64,000 nucleotides of DNA from NCBI GenBank assembly GCA_040954595.2, contig CM082589.2, positions 524,988 to 588,987 of the forward strand. The letters are read 5' to 3'. The notes below the pieces were generated by a model that ran no database searches, was not told the origin of the DNA, and saw only the letters and a program-made list of their open reading frames with translations. The stretch is from Balanoglossus misakiensis. Lineage: Eukaryota > Animalia > Hemichordata. Numbering within the stretch: the stretch's first letter is position 1; every line of letters begins with the position of its first letter. Made by a program: the position numbers and the translations under genes. Shown here one piece after another: positions 1 to 14,600 of this stretch.

Positions 1-358
1 TTAAAAGGCAACGTTTGCTGGAAAAATTCCCCCGGTCAACTTCTGGACAAATTATAGTAGTTTACGTAGCACACATCAATATTACGACGGGTCTACGATT
101 TGAGGTCCGTGTTCCCATTAATAACAACGTGAATCAATGGTTAAATAAGAGGGCAGTTAAACAATCAGGCTATATTTGAAAGTACGATGTATGCCCTTTG
201 TGAAATCGCATAATAGTAACAGCCACTAGAAGGGACTTATTCAAGATACTTAGAAAAGTAAATAAGGTGACTACGGGGACTAATAATTGGCCAAAGGTAA
301 GCCAATACGCTACAAAACGTCTACCATTGCATGCATATATCGCAGATGGTAAACTTAC

Positions 359-700
359 TTGTAGAATAGGTCAAAACCCAACCATTCCCAGTTTTAGCGG
401 TGTTTGTATAAAATATCAGCCACGCTTGGTCCGAATCTATGACTATTGGATCGGGAACGGTGGTGCCGGTCAGAGTGGCTATCGGGTCATTGACATCAGC
501 CACGGGTCCAGAACCAATGAACAAGAAATCAGCAAACGCTTCGACGTGGAACTCGGTAAAAGTCAAAGTGACCACTTCCTTATTTGGAGTTTTAATGAAA
601 TAGTAACAGTTATGCCTGTTGCCATATGGATCGGGGTACAATGGCGACAACAACGACCCTCCCGTTGAGGAGTAGGAATTACTCCCACAATCCTGCTTTC
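359..700 (-). CDS. CUB domain exon
   Basis: DCGSNSYSSTGGSLLSPLYPDPYGNRHNCYYFI..VTLTFTEFHVEAFADFLFI..LIFYTN..GWVLTY; 342 nt, CAG acceptor, GTAAGT donor. Confidence 0.92.
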
Positions 701-3700
701 CTGTGAAGGAAATTTGACCAAACCTGGGATTAAAATGCTTTCAAGATTTAAAGAAAGACCAGCCACCACCACAGGATAAAATCTGAAATGCCTCCACCAC
801 AAACCGACCGATTCCATGGAGTTGTGAATAATTCCCCTAGCCTATACTTATCATATGCACCACTTTACCACATGTCACCCCATGCAACTAATCGATAAAT
901 AGTATTACCAGTGAAACACCTCCAAAACACCAACAATCTGTATAGGCCTACTTAAAACGAAGCAGCCACAGTGATAGATTTACTGATAAATATTTTGACA
1001 ATGATATATTTCTGATTTTCAGATTTGTGCTCACACTGACATTTTTTTGCTTTTAGGGACATACTGTCATCTCTATGAATAAAATCCCATTTATATCCCG
1101 TGTAAATTCATGGAGATCATCGGTACGAAAAGCTACAAACAACCTGTAGCTGTTCCTCAATTATCTACGTTGATTCTACAGCCATGCCGTCTCCATGACA
1201 ATTATATCTATCTGGCTGCGCCACATTCACGCAACAGAGTGCGTTTGGTGTCGTAAAAGGGGAGATTTCGGTGTGTTTGAGCATGCGTGTTCAACCACTA
1301 CCTGCATGCAGATATCCCATGGCGAGACCATGCCAAAATATTTTAATCTCACCTAAAATTTGTAAGTCACAGTCCTGGCCCATATATTCATCAGGACATT
1401 GGCAAATGTAACCAAAACCTACCGTCGACGAAATGCACACACCGCCATTTTCACACGGATTCGTACTACAGTCATTAACTGTGTTAATAGAGAAAAAGGC
1501 TGAAAAGTTAGTATTCGCACAATAGAGGCTGCAGTTGTGAAGGAAGTCAACCTGAGACCAGATGGCAATAGTTACAGATGAGGCGAACAATTTGTGTAAA
1601 TGCTTTTGAACGACACAAAGGCCCTTTAATAGTTTGATTTCCATCGGAATCTTTTTGTTAAGATGAACCGTTACTTGAATGACAAGGTCTCAATTTGCGT
1701 ATGTGAATAAGATAGAAAATTTATCTCTGTGGTAAATAAAATATGGGCACGCCCAAAGCGTCTGTTCTATAGTTGTAGTCCAATCGTCATTAGTTATAAA
1801 CACTTTTCAAATATTTAATTAAAATCATTTACTTTCGTAAATTTTTGTTCAAAGTATACTAGTACATGCATCATCTCCGTTAACACCACACCGTTGGCAA
1901 ACACGTTTACGATATGACGCTCGCTAAAAGGACTTTTGAAAATTTCATGGAGTCGTTTTCACTTTTTATTTTACTGTGAGTCATATTGACAGTTGATTTG
2001 CATAACAATACATAAAGGGCAAGTGTAACAATACACGCCCTGAAGTGAGTGGTACGGCCTTCGACTCACCGCCAACACAATGGATTATTACTGCCGACGT
2101 GAATATCAACATGAACAAAGTTTTCTGACTCGCGCACCAGCTGACGGTATTTACGGTAAAGTATACTGCAATTCACAAAGCGGTGTCAGATTTTTAAATT
2201 TGTGTAGCAAATGTGTTGCCATACCTTTCGTGGGAAATAAAAAAAGTCCAGAAAGACCTCAAACCTAAGTATTACATGTATTGTTATTCTAACTTCAGCG
2301 TGTTTACGACGACTAATTTGTCAGAAACACGATTAATTTAACCGCCACCCTTTTTTTTCATTTAAAGCTTTAGAACATACTCCTCTCTCCTTTTGAAAAA
2401 GTAATTCACATAATCATAAAGCATAATCACTCTGTTTGTCTAACCACATTAGTTCAGTCACGGCTGAGTACCATAGGTTTGTTGTAACGAAGACCCCTGA
2501 CCTTTGACTCGAACGTTGCTAAGCAACTATACTGCATCGCTTCTTTTCTACCCCGAATTACTAAAGATCAAAAGTCATATCAAAGTTCATTAGGAATGGC
2601 CTGGTTTTTGAAAGTTACACAGACCTGAATGGCTCTTTAAGTTGATAGATGGTCTTAAGACGTGCTTGAAATATTTTTGATAGACCTTCTTAAAGAAGGC
2701 ATACAAGTGAAATCGAAAGTGAAACACAAAATGTTAAGGAAAGCAAATTTAACCTCAATGGTGAAATAAACTACTACCAGAAAATGCACAATTTTTTCCA
2801 ACGGCCGCATGGTCGGAAATTCACCGTTACAGCTTGTATTATGAATAATTCAACAAGAGCATATGGCAATAGTATTATATATATAATTATGTATTATATA
2901 TATGGAAATGAAGAATAACGGTTGAGTAATATTGGAACGATTCCAGAATTATTTGTTAAATTATTGTAAACTCGAAATTATACGACCAGTATGTAACATG
3001 TCACGCCCGCCATGATTGACAGTCTGTTTGTCTGTTTATCTGTCGTCTATCTGTCACTAGTTATGTGCGTATAACTTTGCTCTTCAGAAAACTTCACAAC
3101 AAGACAATGAATTTTAGGAATGTCACGGTGGATGGACTACATGTGATGTTGCTGTAAAGTGCGTTCGTGAAGGCAATCCTAAATTTTGGAAGACCGCTTG
3201 ACATAAAGGTGACACACTGTTTGGGATTGCTTTCAAACTATTTTGGTCGTTGTGAGCTAATTTAAGCCTGGACCAAAACTATCTCTTGTTGAGTCTGTGC
3301 AAACTGCAATCCTTGCTGAAACCTGCAGTAACATCTGTGACACGGATATCATTCAAGGCTGACCAGATCAATCATTCTCTCAGCCGTTGCAAACAAACAC
3401 ACATATATAACCGCGCTTCGCATAGATTCCATTTCAAATCAACCAAATTTGAAGAAAATATGATAAAACACATCAAAACTAACAAATACCAGACTCTGGT
3501 TGGCAAATACCAGCACAATTTCCAACATATGGTCTGAACGTCGATATTTGCAACCTAAACTGAAGGCTTCTCCCAGGCCATTTTTCACAGTGGATGTTCC
3601 CTGAAATTAATTGCTGATTGTAAGCGCCAAGTGTTCGCCATCGTTGGCCCACAGATGCCAGAGATCTTGTGTGATTGAGGCGGACGGCATGAGAATCAAT

Positions 3701-5691
3701 AGTTTGCATTATAAAAAAGATTACATGAAAGAAGGACGACAGGTCTGGCCCCTGTGACACAAATTCAGAACCAAAATAGTAACATGTGTACAACAGTTTT
3801 ATGAGTGGCTGATGACCCTAAACTAGTGCAAATATCATACCAAGGACATGTCATATTTTGAGAAAAAGTATTTCGGGAATAATTTGATATCAATATGTTC
3901 TTCTGTTACTGATTCATGCATCATCTTTTTTGATATAGTCTAACTTGATATTTATCACTTATGTCATAATTATATTTATCAAAAATTTACAACGTAGATC
4001 TAATTACTCATTACAATTATTCAAAAATTTAATACACCAATCAGCCTAATTACATGCGGATGATTGTTTTCATATGCAAATTGTTAACGGAAAGCAAAAC
4101 GATAATTAATCAAACGCTAGACTAACCTTACTGAATAACTAAAAATACGTATTATGACTTTCAAACGGTACTTTGAAATAAACCGCGTGTTCCACTAAAT
4201 TCATCACTTTACTTAAATTGGTATCAACGCGATGTAAATTTGATAATATGAGGCGTTATTGAATCCGTATTGAATCCTGAAATCGGATTTGGATTTATGT
4301 TGCAATCGCTTGTTATGGGACAATTAGCTTTACAACGAACACGCATGTAAATCTATCAAAGTAACGAAGTCATCAACCTTTTGACATTATTTGATATTTT
4401 AGTTTCTTTTGATCGCTTATTTATCACTGAAATAACTCAATGACCTGTTCTTGCCACAAGAAAGCGATTTCTGGGAAATAAAAATGACACTGTAAACATC
4501 GACTGTTTAAATTTCTCTAACGGTGGATTTGACGTCCATAGATTTTACAGAATACAGAAGACGCTTCGCCTATTTTGAATAAACACGACGGATCGATGTT
4601 TTATTCTTTTGTCAGAAACATTTGATAAAATATGATGGTAGACGATGCCATGTGTAAATTCACTTGAAATCATCGCCACGTGTTTGAATGTTATTGGAAT
4701 ATATAATTATTAATTTAAGGGAATATTAGTGGAACTTTGAGTGGTATTACAATAAACATGTAGAATAAAACAGATTGGTGATTCTACTCGAAATTAGGAT
4801 TTTCCCTGCACTGCGTCTGATTTCCACGGACGCTTTATTTCCAATTCGTGCAAAACAATATTTTATTGGCTGTTGGCATATGGAATTCGCTTTCAAAAAA
4901 TGAATCTATGATTATGTGATGAGCAAGCGAATACGCCTTGTTTTACGTCTGTTATAAATGGTCGCGGTGCACGTTTGTACGAAAATAGCTCAGCACTGTA
5001 GATACTGAACTGACGTGGGTACTTTGCGTTACTGTACGTGTACTGAATGTTAACAATGCACTGCTAATATGGGTCTATTAAAAGTGAATAAGCAATAAAC
5101 ACATATTGCTTATAATTCCACCACCGCAGACGCATATATCCTGTTACTATAACTCCTTTCCTTCCTTTACCGATTTTGTGAGTCAAAGCGACGACTGTCT
5201 TTTCAGTTGAAGGTTATTTTTTAAACATTTAAATAATGGCCCTTTAATTGATCGATACAGCAGACTATGGCGGTTTAAACCAGCCTGCAACCTTTTGCTG
5301 TCCTGTAAACTGGGCGGAGGAAAGATCAATTTCAAAATGGCTGAACCCACCTGTTGGCGCACTTATATGCAACAAGTGGTATAAAATGTAAATTCACGCA
5401 CGTTTCAACTTAAACATGGTCCCCATTATAATACCGATACGGTTGGCAACGCGAGCGAACGCATGCGACTGGTTGTTTCATAATTCAAGGTACACATTCA
5501 CGTAACACAGATGTTTAAACAACGTAACAACGAAGGTGTTGCGAAATTTTCAGTGGTCACCTGGGCGCGTCATGCACTCTCCGGCCTCACTGAAAATTTC
5601 AATATGCGGGGATATTTTTCTACTTACCTGTCTGTGAATTGACTGCAGCAATGGTCGCGAGGAACAACGTAAATGTAAACATAGCAGCCAT
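359..5691 (-). CDS. 5' part of a secreted or membrane EGF-CUB domain protein gene, continuing beyond the left edge
   Basis: Three phase-1 compatible exons: signal peptide 5628-5691, EGF 1353-1478, CUB 359-700. Confidence 0.8.
1353..1478 (-). CDS. EGF-like domain exon
   Basis: NDCSTNPCENGGVCISSTVGFGYICQCPDEYMGQDCD with six Cys; 126 nt, phase 1-1. Confidence 0.92.
5628..5691 (-). CDS. Signal-peptide exon of the EGF-CUB gene
   Basis: MAAMFTFTLFLATIAAVNSQT followed by G|GTAAGT (phase 1); in-frame stop upstream of the ATG. Confidence 0.75.
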
Positions 5692-5753
5692 ACTCCAACC
5701 AGTCAATATAACACTCTTCGGTTACTACCTTTTACACTGGAACACCATTAGTG

Positions 5754-5759
5754 TTTATA
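5754..5759 (-). promoter_or_regulatory. Candidate TATA box of the EGF-CUB gene
   Basis: TATAAA on the minus strand about 63 nt upstream of the ATG; could occur by chance in AT-rich DNA. Confidence 0.3.
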
Positions 5760-8568
5760 TCCTCCCAAACTAAAAAGCGACAGTGGTTCGTTAACAATCC
5801 CAGCAAACGCAACAGTTTCCGGAATATGGGTCCGAACACACAAAGTTGTTAAAATTCCCTCGTTATGGTGCTCCCGTGGTGGTGATGTAGGGGTCACTCC
5901 TCATCGTAGTAGACGCGCTTGGGTCTGAATTATTTGAACGGTCATACAACCTTTACACAACAATGATCCTCTTGATATTCAAACGAGATGGTCGTGCTAC
6001 TCAGTGGAGCACTGAATAGATGGAACAAACTCATGAATTATGCATGAATGTAACGCCCAAGCTGACTCCACACCACTACCAGTGAAAGTGGAGACACGTT
6101 TCCATCGACCGGTGTCAACCAGCTCCGAAAATAAACAGTCAACTGCGCGAAAATACACAAAAAATCTCAAACCAATAGTTTTACTTGAACTTTACCAGAA
6201 ATTTCATCATTAAGAATTTTGATGTTCCTGTAAAATTATGTGCTGCTTGAAAATATAAAGAAATACGAAAAAATAATATTTGTTGTATATTTTAAATTCG
6301 AAATATATACCCTGTTAAACATGCGTGTATGTTACGCATAGCAATAGACCATCACCATAGCAACCGCTTAGCCCGAGGAAGCTTTCACTGCCATTCCAAA
6401 AGACAACAGGCTATTGTTTTCAATTGTATTCCAAATAGCAGTGTTGTTTTGCTTTCAGTTCGAGGGCACTTTGCCAGATTTCTAATCGTAATTTCTAAAT
6501 CTAAAATATGCTTCATGCAGAAATTCCAATCGACAAGAGAGTTATTTCTCTGGATACCAGGAAAAGCAAGTAGTCCCAGAGGTGTGGAGACTTTTGATTG
6601 ACGGTTTTGAAAGCTGTGATTGTCGACAATGAAGACGATGTGTGACACTGTATAACAGTAGACAGTGTGAATACAGTTAGTCAGGTCATCAACATCGGTT
6701 TACGCCCAAAACAATCCAAATATGTCAACGTTGCAACATAGCTATTAAAGAGGAGTACATGTATACCCATGTGCGAGGTCTGACGCTCTCCTTTTGACTG
6801 TGTTTTAGCACTCGGTCACTGAAGTCAAGATTTTCGCACACGTGACCCAAGGTGAACCCAGGGTGTCAGTGACGTGGGAACAATGAAATTATTGGTTGTT
6901 GGCGGAGGTAGTATTTAAATTCCGGCCGAAATGACCCAATTTTAAGCAGATGACTGCGCTTCCATCATTAGAGCTACGCCCTCAACGGTAGTGGTTGACC
7001 ATCGGTTGAAAAGTTGATGGCGTCTTCCAATCCTATGGCGCCCGTCGTTGGCATGGGAACCTAGTGCCATTTTGTCTAAAACCTTCTCCCTGGTTTGGAG
7101 ACGTTAAAACGAGAATTGCTGACACTACCACACATCCAGATTTAATTATTTGTCATAATGGTCTTTACTGATATGTAATGTGATATTAATACAATATTCA
7201 ATTGGTTTGGATGTATAGAAACTTAAAAACTGCGATAAAACTATCATTCCATCTATACAATTAAGATAAACCAATCACTCTTGGTAACTACATAATAAAA
7301 GACTCATTAATTAATCTAAATTGAGTTGATTATAAATATATTCATTCCTTGCTCAGTTGAGACACACGCACCCACATAAATTTGCACTGCAGTTTCACTG
7401 CAAAGTATTTCACCTGCACGTCAAATTTGAAGAGAAAAAGGTTTCTGCGACAGTTAATTCCCTCTACATATTACCCCAGTTCTACATGTAAGATAGCTTT
7501 ATGCTGGCTTAATAATCCTGGTGTTTATGTGGGTTTGCAAGGTTGTGAAGCACTTTCACCAAGCTGAAGAACTATTTCTCATGTCCCTCTTACTAATCTG
7601 TATATACATGTAGTTTTAACCTATATATGACTGCTTTTCCTCCTATATAATGGAGAGTTTGATTTAGATATGGTTATCTTTAAACTGGTTTGCTTTCAGC
7701 TATGATTTGTAATGAGAATTACCCTTCCAAATACCATCACCCAAAATTTGAAACAAAACACTATTTGTCTGTGTGGAAATTGAACCATTTCCATAAAAGA
7801 CAAAAATACTGTGATCTGCAGAATTAAAATGCTCAATTGCGACTGGTTATTCCTATCTAATAAATTATAAACATTCTTATCAGTTGCTACAAAATTAAAA
7901 TTGGCGTTGAGACATTACAACTGTCTACAACATATAAGGCACTTGTTCTTTGTAAATATGTTTCAAAGCTAGACTACAACATCGTTGTTTTTACTTACAT
8001 TTTCTACAAAAAATTCTCTAGTTTCAACGATGAAAAATAAAAAAAAAATAATTGCATTGATAGTAGGCCTTATACACAGCCGTTTTCCCCATGCTCGGTT
8101 ACCATGGTTTTATAGTAAGGATTACTATAGAGTGAATATGAAATACCATGTTGTCTTTATGTAATCGAGAAATCTTGCACATTATGAATTCAATACTTTC
8201 ATGATTATACTAATAAGTACAATACAGTTCAGCCTTTCTTCTGATAATTTTTATCAAACATAAAATATATATCACATGTGGATGAATAGGACTGGGAATA
8301 ACTGTATTGAGCCGATATATAATTAAATGATACTGTAAATAAATTCTGCTCTGTTTTTCTTGTATAAAGTTCTTATAAAATTACAATATAAACAGCAACT
8401 ACCAAGAATTCATCAAAATATACATTTTTGAACTCGAGCAGTTTGTGACACAATTATATACAAGTGTTACATCTTGTAAAAATGTATTTTAGTCTGGTTT
8501 GACCATAATTAAAAATTCTCTACTCCGTGACATCAGAATGATGTAAGCATGTTTCATTTTCGCATGTC

Positions 8569-8646
8569 TTACACAGGATTTTCATATTCTTCCGGAATCT
8601 CTACTTCAATATTTTCTGTGGCCATGTTTGCGAAAGACAGGAAAAT
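8569..8646 (-). CDS. ABCA terminal coding exon (distal)
   Basis: TTTTGCAG acceptor then [28 protein letters not shown], equivalent to the ABCA VFVNFA motif. Confidence 0.85.
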   Translation of the reverse strand: MFLSFANMATENIEVEIPEEYENPV

Positions 8647-11600
8647 CTGCAAAATATGGAAGAGAAAGATGTTGTTTAAAATAATGTTAGTTGACAGGAC
8701 TGAAATCATGTGTCATACTGTGTACCATATGTATGGAGTTTTTGTCAATATTTGACACTACCAGTGGAATAAACAAGATTTGATAAAGAAGTGAAACCGC
8801 ATCATACTTCTAATTTCTACAATAATGGTTACTAAACAAAATGCAGGTAGTTTGTCATGAAGTGACAATGGTGTGATCGCAAATAGTATCACTAAACGTC
8901 GCACTGTGATGACACATGATTATGTTTCAGAAACCAACTTCCATAAATATAACAGAGGTGTGAGCAGGGGACATGCGTGGTGGTGGGGATAGGTACGGCA
9001 GGGTTTGTTCAGTTAGAAGCGTGCAAAGTCTTGCAGGGGAATCAAGTGTTTGTAACACTATATCATGCCACATCCAACTAACAAGCAATACAAGAAGGGG
9101 CAGTGTGTACAGGTATACATGTGAACTATTCTGAGATAAATTCACACAGAAAAATTGATTCTGAAATCAGCAGAAGACTATGCCACTATTTTCATGTCTA
9201 CATGTTTTGTTACAAGAGTAACATGTCGACGTGCAATTAACATTGCTTACACAACATTAGATGGTATCTATATGCATTCATATCAGAATAGTTCAAATCG
9301 TGTTCTGGTAGTTTGTGAAGTGTTATGCATGTAAACAGGTTAGATCAATGCGCATGCGTGAGATAGATCACCACGTTCGTCGAGTCAGACATTCGCCAAT
9401 TCACCTTGTTGCAGTCTGTATACAGGGCAGGAGTCTGTGAGTGCGGGAAAAGTTTGACATTGCAAAAGTTCGCACAGGACAGATAACAGATGTTAAATAG
9501 AAAATTTCTGGTTAGCAAATAAAAAGCAAAGCGTGCGCACGTGCGTTGCCGATAGCGACCAGTCTCTTAGAGAGTAAGAACGCACTTCTCTAGACAAGTA
9601 TCACGGCAACGCATCAGTCCATATCAACTTGGACCGCAGCATCTTCAAAAGCTTCATTTTCAACTCCACTGTGGGTGTCTGGGCGTTTTCCCATTGTGAC
9701 ATAAACCTGGAAAATATCACATTATTAGAATGTACGTCGGGAGTATGAATGCAATAGAGAGAGAGAGAGAGAATAACCGATGGTTATGATGAGTAAGAGA
9801 CAACATCAGGAAAAACAAAGAGACACAGATGACAAAGTAATTGTACGTGATAACCATTTTTGAATGGTTGATACATGAAGCAATATAATATTGCTGTTGT
9901 TATATTGGCTGAAAGGGATCAGCTTATGTTTGATCTGTAATACAATCCAAAAGATGTATGAGTACGCATTTCGAGTAAATGTATGTTGTTACAGAATGTA
10001 ATGACAGGCATATGTCATAATAAGATCTGAAAGAGAATATTTTATGCACAAATAAAACCCATTCCTTTACCTGATCTAATGTGGTCTGGAATACGGAATA
10101 ATCTTCAATGTGGAATGTTTTCTTTTTGTCTTCCATGAGTTTGAATATCATGGAGAGGGTGCCATCTTTTCCAGGAATCTGATAATGAAGAACTCCATGA
10201 TGCCTCTCCTGTCATAAATTAAGGAAAACATTATTTAAACATTCAATTCGGGAAGATTATGACAATGTTCAGTTGTTCGAAATGGGCAAATTCCAAGTTA
10301 TTTCAAAAACAAAATCTGTCAAAATATAGTTTGTAGCTCACCTGTAATGTTGCTGAAGGAAATCTTGTCACAACAAGATCCTCAATCGGTCTGAGATTCG
10401 GCATTTCTCTCCCCACTTTTAGTATCAGTGTGTATCCTTGTCCATATTTGTTCTTCACATGTTGAGGGCTTCCTAAGCATTTGAATCGACCATTGACCAT
10501 AATCGCCAGCCTCGTACACAGAGCTTCACATTCTTCCATGCTATTCAGAGAAGAACAAATGTGTTATGCGACATGAGTGCTGATTGGTTAATGAATATTC
10601 TTTGATTAATTTGCATGAAATGTTATCCAATGGCATGAAGTGTAATACTTTGAAATGGCCTATGAATATGTGCGTACCTGTGTGAAGTGAAGACAACTGA
10701 TCGTCTATCAGCAATGGTGCTCAAGATGTTATCCCATACAACACGTCTTGAAGTGGGATCCATACCAGTTGTGGGTTCATCCTGGCAAGAAAAAATACAA
10801 ATATTAAATCAGATCAAATTCTTTCCTTGCCTCAAATTACTAATCTCTTTTATTATCCAATCACTGCTTTCATCCAACTTACCATTAGAATGACATCTGG
10901 CTTGCCTATGAGACTAATAGCAGTTGATAATTTCCGTTTCATTCCTCCACTGTATTTGCCCACACGCTTGTCTGCTGCTCCGAGCAACTTCACCTTCTTC
11001 AATGCCCACTTGACGACAGTTTTAACATTTTTGCCGGGGATCCCGCGAATTCTTGCGTAGCAGTACAAGTGCTCCCTCCCTGTCATGAGGTTGTCCAGGG
11101 CGTCTTCTTGCGGGCAATATCCAGTGCTGAGGATTGCGATAGAGGAAAATACAAACTTAAAAGGGGTCGCCATTTAACTTGTGGCCTTTACAGACAGGTC
11201 CATGCTGCAAAGGGTCTGTAAGAAAGTGGCTACATGTAGACAAGTTTCCACTATACAGAGGAGGCCACTAAACAACAGTGGTGTAAATCGCACCAGATAA
11301 CTAATGTTGATCAAAATTGTACCCACCTTGTTGAATTCAGAATTGCTTTGCCACCTGATGGATTCAAGTCTCCTGTGAGCATCTTGAAAGTTGTTGTCTT
11401 CCCGGCGCCGTTTACACCCAGTAAGCCAAAGCACTATGGGTAGACAAAAATGGTAGAAGTTAATTCCCTTTCTTGATAAAGAACTGCACTTGTATAAAAC
11501 CTCATCAAACCCATCAACCAATTAAAAAAACAAAGATTCCACAATAGAAATATAAAGGTCTGTACTTACTTCTCCACCAGGAACTCCAAGAGAAAGATGA

Positions 11601-14600
11601 TTGACAGCAACATGTTTGTGAAAACCAGTTCGGTAAACCTGGAAAATAAAACGTGATATATTTTATGTTCCTCTTTTGCTATGGTTTAATCAATGTGCTT
11701 ATTTTAAAAAATATAAAATAAGGGGCTTAATACACAGATAAGAGGATACTTACTTTTGTAAGGTCCTGTAAGACTACAAAGTTTTTGTTTGCATTTCCAG
11801 CCAACACACGTCGTTGTTCGTCCATAACATCACTGTCTTCCTGTTCTGTGTCACTGTGTTTGCCGGCATTGTGACTGTGAAATGTAAAACCATGTAATCC
11901 ATGAAGTTGCAACAACAACAACAAAAGCGACGACAACAACTGAGCCTGAGATATCCTCGTTGGACAAACGAAACAGAAATGTCTTGCGTCTGAAATGTGA
12001 TCCTACTGTTGATGATGTTGATGAATTGAACTTACCTATCTGGAACACTATAGCTGATGTATTCAAAGATCAAAACCATCAAGAAGAACAGGACGCCTTC
12101 AGCAGCCATGACAATCAAATGCCACCCTAGCATCTCGTATCCAAGGGGCTCTTCAAACACATTCACACCAAAGCGCATGTAGACATCCGCGATGTGTTGG
12201 TTACTCGACAACCGAATCAAACCGTTCGTCAGACAAAACTGAGGAAACATCAGGAAGACATACTCGCATGTTTCCTTGACTTCAAGAAGTTCCTGAAATG
12301 CAAAGACAAGAATAACTGATCAGACAATGCATGACCAATACAACTTTAAACCCTTTCACCCCCAATTTGCACTATAGAGGTCCAACTACACCTTAGAAAA
12401 CAACAGATTTAGGTCAATGCAGAAAAAAATAAAGACGCAGTGAATTTTATGAACACAATATGGTAAACAACCATGATTTCTTCATTGATTTCAAAAAGAC
12501 TCGTGTTTACCTCAGTGGTCATAGGTAGGATGGAGAATATGTTGGTCAGAATTGCGATCAGTGCATTTGCACATCCACATACGATGAAGGCAGTTCCTGA
12601 ATCTTTGAAGCTTCGATGGAATAAATACATAAACGGTATGCAGGACCATCTGAGAGAAATAACACAGACACAGAAATAAGGATTAGCATGTTTTTTTTTC
12701 ATGGTATTTAAAAAGTAATCCTATAGGATTAAAAACATATATAACTGGAATAAAAGACACTACTATGCACAACTCTAATTTCACAAGAATGACATTTGGA
12801 TTTAAAAATTAAAGGATAATACCAGACTTACCCAAAGAGTAACAACAAAGAGACAAATGCTGGAATGTTGTCCGGTGATGAAAATGACTTGGTGCCAAAC
12901 GCATACACTAAGATCACACACAGAGCTGTTGGCAACAGGTAGTTTATCTGTAAAAAAAATCAAGAGCCAATAAGTTCACTGTTTCATCAAAATCCTGAGA
13001 AAAATTCTTATATCATTTCAATGTCTGCATGCACACAAATCACATCATATTCAAGACAGGACATTATTACAATGACAAAGTTCACTCACCATATCCCAGA
13101 GGAAGTTGGCCAACCAATATGTGCCAAGCGTCATACCACTGACCAAATGTAAACGTTTGATTCCTCGGATGTTCTCCGTGACAAGATACATGATGAAGCA
13201 CGGTGGCACAATGCAGAACGCACAGACAATCATGATGCACACACCAAATTCTCGTATCATCTCCAATCTGTTCAAAGACAGAAAAAATTCATAGACTTCA
13301 CTTGAGAGGTTTGCTTGATAATCATTCAAATACCGTTAATACCACTGGCCCAAAACCTGATCTTATGCATCCTGTATAACCTTGATTATCATTCTTACAC
13401 AACTTTGTAAAGAATACACTCTATGTTTTTCTGATATATGAATTAACACTTACACTGTATCGTCTCCAAGTTGTGCCTTGTTCAGATGAAGAGGGTGGTT
13501 GTATGCTGTAATACCTGTAAAACGACATCAACAAGATCATTAGAACGATTCTTATACAGATGAGGATCCTCTCGAATTTTGACATGTTGACCAATAAAAA
13601 CCAGTTTGTTTTATGACAAAGTTGCAGAGCCCGGGTACATGTAGCTCATGTCTTGTAACTTGCATTTTTTATTTGACCGAACTGTCAATACTTTCAGCGT
13701 CTCTCTCAGACCGAAGTTCATATATTTTCAAGTGCAACAAATGGAACCAGAAATAATACTCACCATATAAGGCAGGATTTTCACCGTTCTGTTGCACCCT
13801 ACTGCGCAGAAGTACATTGTTCATGGTGTTCAAAAATGTCGGCATTGTGTGGAAACCTTCATTGTCATACCAAACCTAAAAATACAATTTGAATTTAATT
13901 AATTTTAGCTTATGCCCAGACAGCTATTTCTCTATCATGTTTGCACCAACTGGTATTACACTGTGTAACACTACTTTTCCACAACATTTTCTTTAATGGG
14001 TAATGTTACCTTGATAAACTGTTTGCTGCTACCACTCTGTGTATTTCCGAAAGAAAGACCGCCATATCTGACGCGAAAATATTCTGCTGTGGTTCTCTGC
14101 AAATAATCCGACAGATCTGGCTTCAAAGTGAGATCTTGGATGATGGAAGATGTGTTTGAACGCCATTCAGGCACACGGGAACCAGCTGCTCCATCTGGAC
14201 ATCTCTGACGTCCTTGATTTGAGCATGTGCAGTTCGGGACGTTCCTGTCTTGTTCTAGCAATGTTTGGATCTGGCTGTAGGTCAGGTCAGCGATGTTGAT
14301 GTCAAAGTAGTCTTCTTTGAAACTGCACGGGTAAAGATTCCTTCAAATAAACAAACAGATACAAATACGGTCATTATACATCAGTACTTACCGGTACATA
14401 GGGAGAGATGGAAAGAGAAAGTTGGCTTAAAGGTATACGGTCACCTATACAAATTTAGCCACAGTTACCATGGTAAATTGAGATCTAACCAATCACAGAT
14501 TTTCAGTGGGTGGCACACGCGAAAATAAAGTGTTCTTTAGAACACTTAAATACGCCATTTCAACTATATATGGCTATATGAAAATTGGAGGTGACCGTAT

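Noticed and set aside
7141-7146. ATTAAA as the ABCA poly(A) signal
   Set aside because: Plausible (about 1.4 kb of 3' UTR) but a hexamer in AT-rich DNA is too weak to call without transcript data.
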